From: a virus
Lineage: Duplodnaviria; Caudoviricetes
Length of the DNA: 64,000 bases
Virus record (IMG/VR): IMGVR_UViG_3300048502_000015
Location: 1 to 64,000 of that record
Strand: one strand, 5' to 3'
Numbering within the stretch: the first letter of the stretch is position 1; every line of letters begins with the position of its first letter. Under the pieces are notes generated by a model that worked only from the letters and a program-made list of their open reading frames with translations, had not been told where the DNA came from and did not search any database. Below, piece by piece: positions 1-9,673 of this stretch. Both the position numbers and the translations under genes were made by a program.

Positions 1-24
1 GCAGTGGTATCAACGCAGAGTACT
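1..24 (+). other. library adapter (SMART/template-switch, low-input amplification adapter), not genomic
   Basis: GCAGTGGTATCAACGCAGAGTACT matches the AAGCAGTGGTATCAACGCAGAGTAC(T) oligo. Confidence 0.93.
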
Positions 25-26
25 CT

Positions 27-3000
27 ATTATGCCCAAATAGGGGAGCGCTCATATCAAAGGACGGACAGGATGTCAAGTCCCATGTATCCATTGGCCTAT
101 CATACTGGCTGGATGATGTCAAGCCACGCTTGTCCCAGTCATCTGCTATAGTATGTGTATGCGTGTTGTCCTTGCTACATTGCTTACTCTGCTTGCCGAG
201 TATATCGGACTCGCTCTTGTCCCAAGACATGTTGCCCATCATGACTTGATCGGAGTGTTGATCATAGTCATTGCCCTTTGGATGATTCTGATTATCAGTT
301 TGATTCAAACTTTGATGATTCAAACCAGAACCAAATAAATCCCAATCAAGGGACAATTTGTTTCGGCGCTTCATGAATTGATCTACCCTCGTCTTTCCCG
401 CAGGCGACTCTCGTAGCTCATCTATTTCGTTGCCGATCTGGGAAGAATGCGTGTACTCCTTTGTCGGAGACATTCCTACAGGATTGTTCTCTGGGATATG
501 CCAAGTCTCTCCTAATTGATTATCCGCATTCATTCCATGAATCGGGCAAGTTAGTTTCTCCCCGATAATGCAAGAGCAGCCATGAAGTTCTGGATGGCCT
601 TTCGGATCATCAAACTCTCTGCTGTCGTCATGATCGGCCAAGAATTGTTCTAGCTCCTTGACAATTGGTTGTCCTTGTGCATGAGGAGGGTTCTTACTGG
701 GGTGGTCTGAGAGGATAATCGAAGATTTATGCTCTTGTTGCCATTGGTCTGAGAGGAGTTTGGACTTCTTTGAAGGCCAAGCTGATGTCATAGGGGTACC
801 ATAGGGTACATAAGGATTAGTTTGATTCGTCCCTCGCATCACATCAATCTGATGAGTAACCGGAGGATCAGGTACAAGCCTAATCCGACTTGGATCAATG
901 TCCCCCGGATGATAAAATGACCCGCCCAAATCGCCTAAATAATCTTCACCATAATCATCGCCCCAAGGATCGTGATGAATTGGTAACCCCGTTGTATCAA
1001 TTTGCCATACATCGTTCCGCTCGGGATGATATAGATATGGATCTGTTGAGTATTGTGGATGCTTTGGTGTCATAAATACCGCTGGCTGGGGATCAACATC
1101 GGGATCACCATTTGCCCTTAAACCATTCTGCTGAATACTATTCCGAACTGTCTTCGGTGCTTGATGATACATTGTAGTCGGGGCATTTTGAATTAGCTCC
1201 CCATCTGGTCCCCAGATTCCCATCGAATAATGTTCGATATCTGATACCTTATCGGGCTTAATGTTCCATATCTGGTACTTTAAACCATTCTGTCCATTCT
1301 GGAGTCTATTGGCCGTTCTTCGATATGCTGGCCGATTTTCTGGAAGCCGGAAGTCTGTCTTGCAGTTAGGACAATAATGAGTCGGCTGTTCATATTGGCC
1401 ATTCGTCACAGGCGTCCATCCTGCTCTGCCGCTATTGAACAATCCCTGCCCGCAATGAGGACATTGAGCCATTCCTTCATAATGCCACCAATCTTGGCTG
1501 CCGCCTTCTCTTCTAGGATATCCCCATCCTTCCCCGCCCAAGTCTGATGGAGTTGGCCATTGCTTCTGAATATATCCATTAGCATCGGCGTATTGTTTTA
1601 GCCGCTCAATTGTATTAGTATCAGGCGGGCGATTGCGCTGGCCAAGGATACCCATGACCGCAGGCAACCGTTCCACTTGTCGCACTCGGGACGCGGGCCA
1701 AACCTCAGGCGCATTGGCTGTATCAAAGAATGCCGCTCTCGGAATTCCATGAGGATCGTGCAAAGCCATATATCTTGTGCCCTGCAACGATGTAGGGAAT
1801 TTTCCATCTGTGCTCTGCCAACAGTTGTGCATCATTTGTCCAACTCGATTAATGTCAAGTTTGTTAGGATGATGCTGAACCGTCCAGCCATCATCGAATT
1901 GATGCACGACCTGAGATTGCGGCTGATACTTTTGGGAGAACGATTTGTTCAGGTCCTCCCATTCTCTGATCTCTTGGGGCAATGTCATTGTCGCCGTTTT
2001 GCCTTGATGGATTGGCCCGAGATCCCATCCCTCTCCATAATCCTCCATTGCTTGCGGCAAATACTTATCCCGATGAAGCATTTGATTCATTGGCTCGTCC
2101 CATCCGACCGGATAGTAATTCCGGCATTCAGGGCAATGGATATATCCCTTGAGGATATTCGCTGGCTCCAAAGGAGAATGGCAATTTGGGCATTGGATTG
2201 AAGCCAATCCGTTATCTGTCCGATCCTGTGCTATAATGGTCTTATGAGAAAAAATATTTGGGAGATCCTCGATGCATTCCTTGTCTTTGTTCTGTTTGTC
2301 AACGCGGCTATTTTGATCTTTGGTCATCCCGATCTCAGCGAAGTCAAAGGCGTAGTCGGCCTCCTTTGCATCTTGATGGTCGGCGTCATTGCTAAGGGCA
2401 ATGCTTAGATGACTATCCTTATGATTATCATTTTCTTCTGGCTCATTATGGCCGGGACTTCCTTTGGCCTTTCGATTATCTTTGCTCTCTGCGACCCATT
2501 CAAACGCCCATGGGTTCTCGACGCCAATCTCGTGTTTATGGGCTGCGGCATTGTGTACTTGATCTTGGCCCTGATCTTTACTATCATCAACGCCATCGTC
2601 TAAATGACCCCAATCCTTGCTCGCATCATTCTCGGCATAATGCTGCTTATCAGCATTGTAATGCTGGCCATTTATGCTCCCATTGTTTTGCTGTGCTTTG
2701 GGGTTATTGCGGTGCTGGGCTTCTTCATGGTGGCTTTGGTCTATTTGATTGAGCACGCTTGGCCCTACTGACTCAAGCTTCCAAAGCGGTTCTGCCTTTG
2801 ATTCATCGTCCTTAATATGGACTTGCCAGCCGGGATAATCATGATCAGCCTCGTCCCGGATATGCTCCTTGAAATCTTTAGTCGGATTGTCTAGCTCGAT
2901 ATGCATCTCATGATGCTCATGATCTAGTTTGATCTTTCCGCCGTTTGATTCGACATCTTCTTTGACTGATGCCGTCCATTCTTGAGGAACTGTCAAAGGC

Positions 3001-4004
3001 GCATTCTCATTAACTTGGTTGGCCCAATCTTCGATATGCATTGGGCTAGGCTCAGAGTTAGGAAGAATGGATCCCTCGTCCATCCATCCTTGAACCTGCT
3101 CAGGACTGTACTTTCTTCTTCGATCTCCGATATCGAAATGATGCTCGCCGCCTCCGAATCCTCGATATGTCATCAAAGCAGGATTGCCCAAGTTCTGGCC
3201 AAGCGGATTGCGATCATGGCGATACTTGAGCGTCTGCAACAAATACATTTGGCGAGGGGACCAGACAGCATATTCCTGTCCAGGCAACAATGCAGCAATT
3301 CGTTGATTAGATGAATTCGTGCCAATTAGACTTCTTGGCTTAGTAGGCAACTTAGCTGGCTCGCCATATGAATATGGCCATTCCCATTCTTCTCCTGTCG
3401 GATATGATCTCCCCGGTTGCCAAGGCTCTTCTTCAATTGGAATCCAGCTTCTAAAGCCCGATTGAATCTGAGGCAAGCTCCACATTAGATTCTCGGCGTG
3501 TCCATAAGGATCGGCTTGAACAGGAGCAGACGGAAGCAACGAACCAACTTCCAATCCAGCGTTCGCAATCATCGCTCGCTGATCTTGATCTAGGAAACGT
3601 TCTGGCTTTGCATCAGGGCCTCTAAATGGATTGAACTGCCAAACCGATCCATCTGAATTGATGTGGAAATTGGATGATGGAATAGCATCTGTTTCGTAGT
3701 TGCGTTCGACTCGTGCTTGCTGTTTCTTCTGGTCATGATTTGGCCGCATATCTTTGGTCGGCCAAGTCCAAACCGATCCATCCTTGAGGATAAATCCTTT
3801 GCCTTCTTGTCCCGGATTCCATTCAAGCTTATGCTGAGGCAAACCTGCCAACTTGACATCTTGCCAATCCGAAAAAACGTCATCTTCTGTCAACTTCGTA
3901 TCGTTTTGATACGGAATGTGTTGAACATTAGCTGTCAAGCTATTAGGTACAACATTTGGTAGCACATTTGTATCATCGGGACTTAGCTTATCTGTTGTAT
4001 TCAT
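27..4004 (-). CDS. giant multidomain (polyvalent) protein, 3'-truncated by contig end, >=1326 aa; CxxC Zn ribbons, PcfJ-like domain, Tpt1/KptA-like ADP-ribosyltransferase fold
   Basis: Hand translation from ATG at 4004 (MNTTDKLSPDD) has no stop to the window edge; motifs VVHQFDDGWTV..GQMMHNCW..YMALHDPHGIP..ILGQRNRPP and TMYHQAP..SIQQNGLRA..DVWQIDTTGL..GDIDPSRIRLV. Confidence 0.85.
144..152 (+). promoter_or_regulatory. extended -10 promoter TGCTATAGT for leaderless gene at 159
   Basis: TGn-TATAnT followed 6 nt later by ATG, same geometry as many minus-strand promoters in the window. Confidence 0.6.
159..338 (+). CDS. small 2-TM membrane protein nested antisense in the giant ORF
   Basis: MRVVLATLLTLLAEYIGLALV..LIGVLIIVIALWMILIISLI; leaderless promoter. 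Confidence 0.6.
   Translation: MRVVLATLLTLLAEYIGLALVPRHVAHHDLIGVLIIVIALWMILIISLIQTLMIQTRTK
2227..2237 (+). promoter_or_regulatory. extended -10 promoter TGTGCTATAAT, leaderless start at 2244
   Basis: consensus TGn-TATAAT, 6-nt spacer to ATG. Confidence 0.75.
2244..2408 (+). CDS. small 2-TM membrane protein (54 aa) nested antisense
   Basis: MRKNIWEILDAFLVFVLFVNAAILIFGHPDLSEVKGVVGLLCILMVGVIAKGNA*. Confidence 0.7.
   Translation: MRKNIWEILDAFLVFVLFVNAAILIFGHPDLSEVKGVVGLLCILMVGVIAKGNA
2409..2603 (+). CDS. small 2-TM membrane protein (64 aa) nested antisense
   Basis: abuts previous stop (TAGATG); two hydrophobic helices. Confidence 0.7.
   Translation: MTILMIIIFFWLIMAGTSFGLSIIFALCDPFKRPWVLDANLVFMGCGIVYLILALIFTIINAIV
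2604..2771 (+). CDS. small 2-TM membrane protein (55 aa) nested antisense
   Basis: abuts previous stop (TAAATG); MTPILARIILGIMLLISIVMLAIYAPIVLLCFGVIAVLGFFMVALVYLIEHAWPY*. Confidence 0.7.
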   Translation: MTPILARIILGIMLLISIVMLAIYAPIVLLCFGVIAVLGFFMVALVYLIEHAWPY

Positions 4005-4059
4005 CTCTTCTATTATTGTCCCGATACTAAAGCCAAGTTTGGCCTAAGTACCTACAACG

Positions 4060-4842
4060 CTAATAGCCTATAGCAAAAATATCTACTTGGGCGGTGTACG
4101 GAGAAGTAGATGGATGAGCAAACGTTACGTCGGTATTTAGTCCGTTAGGAGTGGCATAAAAGGTATAGGGTTGATCCGGGGCATTTGGTCCTTGAAGAAA
4201 CCATCCGCCGATCCAAGCATATAAACATGCGGTAGGAAATGATGGTCCAAAGCTAGCTGCGGTAAATCCACCTGTAGCTGCCCCCAATATTATCAGGGTA
4301 GAATTATGCTTTAGCATGTAGTTATGCGAACCACCGAAGATTTGAAGAAATGGAAGAGATGATGAAAGCTGAGTTGCTGTTATTGTCCCGTTAGCTATCT
4401 GGGCAGCCGTTACGGTGTTGTTGGCTATCTGGCTTGCTGTAATCGTGTTGTTAGCAATTTTGGCTGCGGTTACTGATGTGTTAGCTAACTGCGTAGTTCC
4501 AACCGCTCCTGCTGCTAGCTGTGTTGAGCCAATAGCATTGGCTGCTACATTCTCTACTCCTGCCCCATAGACGGCTTCAAAGGCTTCTGTGTAGGGAGTA
4601 ATAGATGGCGACCCTCCAGAGACAGCCATGTTGTAGCTACCCTCGGCTATCCACCCGCCTACAAGCCCATTAGCGTCTGTTGTAATTGAGCCTAGTGGAG
4701 ATCCACCGGATTCAGTAGAGTATACGTTGACTGATGCTCCACCAACTCGGTTGGTGATAACGACAGTGGCTCCCACAACAGGCTGTACGTCAGAAGAGAC
4801 AACCTTCTGAACTACATACGGGATATATACTCGGGACGCCAA
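4060..4842 (-). CDS. virion structural/tail-fibre-like protein
   Basis: beta-sandwich-like N-terminus plus 10-aa repeats (IANNTITASQ). Confidence 0.6.
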   Translation of the reverse strand: MASRVYIPYVVQKVVSSDVQPVVGATVVITNRVGGASVNVYSTESGGSPLGSITTDANGLVGGWIAEGSYNMAVSGGSPSITPYTEAFEAVYGAGVENVAANAIGSTQLAAGAVGTTQLANTSVTAAKIANNTITASQIANNTVTAAQIANGTITATQLSSSLPFLQIFGGSHNYMLKHNSTLIILGAATGGFTAASFGPSFPTACLYAWIGGWFLQGPNAPDQPYTFYATPNGLNTDVTFAHPSTSPYTAQVDIFAIGY

Positions 4843-4843
4843 G

Positions 4844-5026
4844 TTAACTCACCGGGCCGAAATCTCGATAGGCAATTTTAGTTGCTTTCTTCCAAGCAGC
4901 TAAACGAGTAGACTTCTCGCCCTGTTCGATAGCTGCACCCGTAGTAGGATATGAACTATCTCGGACTTCCCAGAACCAACGATCAGGGGAGTGTTCCCAA
5001 ATGCTAATGTCAACGGTCCAATTCAT
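4844..5026 (-). CDS. hypothetical protein
   Basis: ORF in tightly packed minus-strand run. Confidence 0.55.
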   Translation of the reverse strand: MNWTVDISIWEHSPDRWFWEVRDSSYPTTGAAIEQGEKSTRLAAWKKATKIAYRDFGPVS

Positions 5027-5051
5027 CTCAACGATTATCCGTCGTTAGGAT

Positions 5052-5459
5052 CTACTTTGATGATTTGGCTGTACTGTTCTCAATTGCCTTGCAGTCGAGC
5101 GCGCTCAAACGATAAGGGTGGAGAATAAGGACGCCGTGGCTCTTGTCAAGAGTATTCACGATAACCTTGATGTAGAGATTGGCAAATGCTTTGTCGGCTG
5201 CTGAAAGCTGATGCTGTTGATTAAGCGCATTCTCTAGGGCTATTCCTCTATTCTTAGCTTGCAAAACGGTTCTGGTTTCAAATAGCTGATCGTAAACGCG
5301 ATTCTGGTTGATCGCGTTGCACCATGTAGCCACATTCTTTACCCGGTTATTTAGTTGGCTCTTAGTCAAATCGTTGACTTGATTTATGGAGTAGATAACC
5401 GCAACGACAAGAATCGCGTATGCCAAGCCGTTTTTGTATTTCTTGATAAGATCAATCAT
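5052..5459 (-). CDS. N-terminally anchored membrane protein
   Basis: single TM helix followed by helical region. Confidence 0.65.
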   Translation of the reverse strand: MIDLIKKYKNGLAYAILVVAVIYSINQVNDLTKSQLNNRVKNVATWCNAINQNRVYDQLFETRTVLQAKNRGIALENALNQQHQLSAADKAFANLYIKVIVNTLDKSHGVLILHPYRLSALDCKAIENSTAKSSK

Positions 5460-5567
5460 TATTTGGGTAACAGCATAACGAAGATTTCAACACAAACAAC
5501 GAAAGTGATGTAAGGAATGAAAAGTTTGTGTTGGTTTAGTATCCAGGTCATTGTGTGTATTTTCACT

Positions 5568-5783
5568 CTATTCATCTTCCTTATGTTCCTTGTCTTTTTT
5601 GCCGTAGCCTGTTGGACTAAAGAATGCAGGTAGTCCCATCATTGAGGCAAACAGAATGAGCAACTCTAGGTTGACTGTTGTGGCCAATCTGGTTTCGTAG
5701 TAAACTCCAAGAAGACCGGCCACAAACAGGATATTCGTCTTGTTGAATATCTTGTTTAGGATTTTTTGTAGTGATTGATTCAT
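5568..5783 (-). CDS. 2-TM membrane protein, holin-like
   Basis: two TM helices, charged C-terminal tail. Confidence 0.5.
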   Translation of the reverse strand: MNQSLQKILNKIFNKTNILFVAGLLGVYYETRLATTVNLELLILFASMMGLPAFFSPTGYGKKDKEHKEDE

Positions 5784-5890
5784 TCATATTTGCTTACTCA
5801 CGCAGTAACGGAGCGAATAGCTCATGTATTACATAAAAGTAAAGCCACCTAAAAAAGGTGGCCCTAAATAATGCATTATTTTTGGAGGGA

Positions 5891-6232
5891 TTAGGGGGCT
5901 TTTGGTGGGTACATATCGAAGCCAATAATCGGCTCAACAGTGAACCCAAGGTTGGGATAACGAGCGTGCCAAATCTTAGTGCGCTGATCGTTGACCGTCT
6001 TAGCCTTACGAATTACCTCGGCCATATCCCATGGGTTATCGGGTTCATTGTATCCAAACTGATATCCCTCTGGGTCGTCATCTTCCCAGATACAGGGAAT
6101 GCCCGTAACCTTTCCTGTTTCCTCGTTAACCTCAACTGCAAGAGCTAAGCCAAGCGGATGGAAGAACTGACGATTTACCTCCTGGAGATATCCGTCATTC
6201 AGAAACTTGTTTAGATCCATTTCTTTAGTCAT
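5891..6232 (-). CDS. phage hypothetical, paralog of 28804..29313
   Basis: shared motif DGYLQEVNRxFFHPxGLALxV. Confidence 0.75.
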   Translation of the reverse strand: MTKEMDLNKFLNDGYLQEVNRQFFHPLGLALAVEVNEETGKVTGIPCIWEDDDPEGYQFGYNEPDNPWDMAEVIRKAKTVNDQRTKIWHARYPNLGFTVEPIIGFDMYPPKAP

Positions 6233-6391
6233 AGCTGTATTAATCCATCACCTTATATCCAATGATCTCGTTCTTAGCCTTGGTTAGCTCGTACTGGAGA
6301 TATTCGTTAGCCTGATAAAGCTGTTGAATCTCGTGACGAGCATTGTCCAGATCGGATTTCAAACGGCGGATCTCTTCTTCCTGAATCTGAG

Positions 6392-6778
6392 TCATCTTGA
6401 CGCCTTAAATAGATTTTCAAGGATATTAGGAGCCGGATGAAGACGGCGGGCCTCATAAGGTCCTACCGGATGCTCTATTTTATCCCAGTACTCTCCCTCC
6501 AAACGAACGTAATATTCATCTGGCGATTCGACAATCTCTCCACGTTCTTCATTGAGTTGGCCCGGATTGATTACAACCTTGTCGCCAACCTTAAACTTTG
6601 GCTTAGGAGGAGCAAGAGATAGATCGCGTTCAGGAATCCACCAAGTATTATGATCCCTAGAATCTTCCCAGTTGATCTGGTAATGATACTGGACCTTTTG
6701 AACGGTCCCGGTAGAAGGTCCTCGATGTATGGTTGCTCCTCGGATTACCCTGTCTCCCGCTTTGAATTTGGCGCTCAT
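6392..6778 (-). CDS. hypothetical with two SH3/KOW-like repeats
   Basis: KFKAGDRV and KFKVGDKV repeats. Confidence 0.7.
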   Translation of the reverse strand: MSAKFKAGDRVIRGATIHRGPSTGTVQKVQYHYQINWEDSRDHNTWWIPERDLSLAPPKPKFKVGDKVVINPGQLNEERGEIVESPDEYYVRLEGEYWDKIEHPVGPYEARRLHPAPNILENLFKASR

Positions 6779-7080
6779 AGTTCTTCAATTACCTCGTCTA
6801 GAAAGGACAGGATCTCTTCGTGGGAATGCAGGTCGTTAAAGGTCGAAATACTGGCGATCTTGGAATAAAGATATTTCTCAAAATCGGTGAGAATTAAATC
6901 TCTATTATCACAAACTTTAGCAATGGCTCCCATAAGGCACCAACCAACGGCCTCCGACCCAAAGATTAGAGCACGATTGCCATCCTTATCTACTGCACAA
7001 AAGTCCCGAGTCCAATGATCTGGATCGGCAATCAGTTCTCGAACCTGAACGGCTGTCTTCTTTAGTTGTTCGTTATTCAT
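6775..7080 (-). CDS. hypothetical protein
   Basis: start revised to MNNEQ; WCLMGA motif; overlaps neighbours. Confidence 0.65.
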   Translation of the reverse strand: MNNEQLKKTAVQVRELIADPDHWTRDFCAVDKDGNRALIFGSEAVGWCLMGAIAKVCDNRDLILTDFEKYLYSKIASISTFNDLHSHEEILSFLDEVIEEL

Positions 7081-7303
7081 GAGATATAAATTGGATCGTG
7101 ATCGTATCGCCGTTGATCTTGGTCTTGGCTTGAATTCCGCGTGCCCTCTTTGTGCGATGAACAAGAGTACGGAACGAACGAGGATCGCAAGTGAAATCAA
7201 CGCCCCGTTCTAACTGCCAAACCTCACCATTAGTCCATATGTCCCAGTTGTAGATATTGGGCCGTCCTCGATGCTTAGGAAACTCTGTTAGAGTATGAGC
7301 CAT
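7073..7303 (-). CDS. small basic protein, possibly DNA-binding
   Basis: RGRP..YNW motif. Confidence 0.65.
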   Translation of the reverse strand: MAHTLTEFPKHRGRPNIYNWDIWTNGEVWQLERGVDFTCDPRSFRTLVHRTKRARGIQAKTKINGDTITIQFISHE

Positions 7304-7509
7304 TACACATCCTCCTCGTGATTTTCGGGAACATTGACAATCTTAGACTTGCGGAAGACTGTTAGCTGAAATTCATCTCCTGGTTCAAGCCCCAACTCAA
7401 GAGTAGCATTGGCAATTGCTGGACCAAGTGCTCGCCATTTCTCAAGTGTGGTCGGAACCGTTAGAATCCCGCCTCCGATAATCTCTCTATCTTGTGGTGT
7501 ATCAGTCAT
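7303..7509 (-). CDS. hypothetical protein
   Basis: coupled ORF. Confidence 0.6.
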   Translation of the reverse strand: MTDTPQDREIIGGGILTVPTTLEKWRALGPAIANATLELGLEPGDEFQLTVFRKSKIVNVPENHEEDV

Positions 7510-7960
7510 GCGTTACCTCTATTCCGTGGTGATTTAAAGTCTGTTTAATTTGCTCGGGCGCAGAACTATGCCAATCGATATCGTTCTCTTTCCCTGTTAC
7601 TTTGTAGGGTCGATATTCAGCCCGTTCTTTATATGGCCCATATGTATCTATCATATCACACATTCTTTTGCTTCCCGCTGAGTTCCAAGAATGCACGACA
7701 ATTTGGCCAGATGGCCAAGCAGCGTGTTCCACTATCCAGCGCACGAAATCTAATCCTGAGCCGTCTGACGAGTTCCCAGCTAGGTATATGGCCTCGCTCG
7801 GACGCCATCCTTCTGGAGCTACTGCTCCGAGATCGTGGTCGAGAGACATATAATCGATTTCGTTCTCTTGTGCGTACTCGATAGCCTCCTCAACCGTCTT
7901 AGCCCAATGCCAAGAATTGTTAGGCGGTTGCCGAATATCATCCAACCATAATTTCTTCAT
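7502..7960 (-). CDS. cyclic-phosphate-processing receiver-domain protein
   Basis: LWLDDIR..SLDHDLG..VHSWN motifs. Confidence 0.8.
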   Translation of the reverse strand: MKKLWLDDIRQPPNNSWHWAKTVEEAIEYAQENEIDYMSLDHDLGAVAPEGWRPSEAIYLAGNSSDGSGLDFVRWIVEHAAWPSGQIVVHSWNSAGSKRMCDMIDTYGPYKERAEYRPYKVTGKENDIDWHSSAPEQIKQTLNHHGIEVTHD

Positions 7961-8205
7961 GTCAGCGTATACCTCTTGATCTTCTTATCGGCTTCGGCTT
8001 CCAAAGCCCGTTTATCCTTGTACTCCTGGACTCGGATAGGAGCGAGTTCCTCTGCTCCTTCCATTGTATCAACAAATTCATCGGCCACCCTTCCTATATA
8101 ACCCACTCTTTTTCGATGTTCAATTTTCAAGTGATAACCCCTTTGATTATCACTTGTGATTATTGGTCTTATGGTGACTGGGTAGTAATCGTTAATTCGA
8201 CTCAT
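7957..8205 (-). CDS. hypothetical protein
   Basis: ATGA-coupled. Confidence 0.6.
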   Translation of the reverse strand: MSRINDYYPVTIRPIITSDNQRGYHLKIEHRKRVGYIGRVADEFVDTMEGAEELAPIRVQEYKDKRALEAEADKKIKRYTLT

Positions 8206-8456
8206 GTTACCAAATACCTAATAATCTTTTCATCTAGTTCAGCCAAGTCCTTGAGCCTTTTCTTGTCGTCCTTGATAGCCAAGTCTACAAATACTTTGGC
8301 CTCGGCTATTGAAACTGCATGACCAGTTGCTAATCCACTCGTGTTAAAGCTATCGCCGTAATGACAACGGACATCGACATTCCAGTAAATAGTAGAAGGC
8401 CGACTAGATGGATCAATAGTTACGAGATACTCAACCTCCCTCTTTAATTTTCTCAT
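8202..8456 (-). CDS. hypothetical protein
   Basis: ATGA-coupled. Confidence 0.6.
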   Translation of the reverse strand: MRKLKREVEYLVTIDPSSRPSTIYWNVDVRCHYGDSFNTSGLATGHAVSIAEAKVFVDLAIKDDKKRLKDLAELDEKIIRYLVT

Positions 8457-8652
8457 AAGCCAAATAGAATGCGTCGAAGTTTGATCCAGCCGGTATCCGG
8501 CAGGAGCCGATAGTTCTTCTCAATACCTTCTTGAGAATACCACATCTCATAGTTATCGGGATAACGAATTAGGCAATTCTTCCCGTATAGCTCGAATGCG
8601 AATCACGTTTCCGTGATGCTCAAGGTCTTCCCAGCGTTGATCTTTCTTAAAC

Positions 8653-8994
8653 TCAGTCATCTTCTTCCTCTTTGATATAGAATCCGATTGCTTCATCAAA
8701 TCGGCCTCGCTTCTGAACCTTTCGAAACTTAGCTATTTCTAGATGCCACAACGTCATGTCCTTTAAACCTAAATCTCGTTTTAGGAGAGCCAATAGAACC
8801 TCATATACATCGGCAGCCTCTTCGATAGAGGGATTCTCCATGTACTCTACGGCCTCTTCGATAAGCTTCTTTCGGAGTAACTTAACTACCTCATCCTCAT
8901 CGGAGATAGTTTCGCCAAAAGCGAGGTATCTCTCGTTAGGACCAAAGACCTTATCTCGTACCAGTTTAACTAAAATTGGATCATGTTTACTCAT
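8653..8994 (-). CDS. MazG-like nucleotide pyrophosphohydrolase
   Basis: KLVRDK..KLIEEAVE..EEAADVYEV..KRGRF. Confidence 0.8.
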   Translation of the reverse strand: MSKHDPILVKLVRDKVFGPNERYLAFGETISDEDEVVKLLRKKLIEEAVEYMENPSIEEAADVYEVLLALLKRDLGLKDMTLWHLEIAKFRKVQKRGRFDEAIGFYIKEEEDD

Positions 8995-8998
8995 TATA

Positions 8999-9673
8999 TC
9001 AGCCCGCTATCAGTTCGGCAATTTCCTTATCCAATTGTTCATTCTCTCTATCAAGCTCAATTGATCGCGCCTTGAGTGCATCTCGTCTATCCTGCTTAGC
9101 TAGATGATTGGCATATGAACCGGCATAGATACTGATCGGCTTGACATTGAAACTGTCGGCAATTCTCTTTGCTTCTGCGGCCCGCTTATGTACGGCGGCA
9201 TCCTTCTTAGCTGCTTTGATTATCTCGCTTGCAACTTTGAGTTTGCTGTTTGCAGTAAAGATGGTCAACGGTTGTCGAATATGCGGTGCTGCGATGTAGT
9301 CCTCGTTGAAAGGATTACCCTGCGAGTAACTGTATACGTACTCCTTAAATTCGGGATCGTATAAAATCCCATTCCACTTGACCGTGGTTCCTACGATCTC
9401 GCTCCAAATCTTGTAGGAGTACCCCTTAGCTAGCTTTCCTGGTCCCCAACCATAGGAAAGAAGATTGTTCTCCTCGGTGAGCGTAAACATTGTGTAGACG
9501 ACCAGAAATAGCCCTGTACTCATAATATAGAAGGGCATTGCACCATGATGGTCATTCAAAGCAATTGAAGCCCAAACAATGAATCCAACAGGGAGCAAAT
9601 GACCAATCAGTTGGACCAATGCAAGAAGCGGATTCCAAATCCGACTAATGTATAGTTTCTCAAATAGGTTCAT
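8999..9673 (-). CDS. membrane protein
   Basis: two N-terminal TM helices. Confidence 0.7.
   Translation of the reverse strand: MNLFEKLYISRIWNPLLALVQLIGHLLPVGFIVWASIALNDHHGAMPFYIMSTGLFLVVYTMFTLTEENNLLSYGWGPGKLAKGYSYKIWSEIVGTTVKWNGILYDPEFKEYVYSYSQGNPFNEDYIAAPHIRQPLTIFTANSKLKVASEIIKAAKKDAAVHKRAAEAKRIADSFNVKPISIYAGSYANHLAKQDRRDALKARSIELDRENEQLDKEIAELIAG

Noticed and set aside
890-3962. Other plus-strand ORFs over the giant gene (890, 1677, 2982, 3717)
   Set aside because: No promoter or ATG geometry and no TM pattern; ordinary antisense shadows
1-4004. Apparent gene-poor region suggesting stop-codon recoding or decay
   Set aside because: A standard-code minus-strand frame is fully open; it was missed only because it lacks a stop in the window
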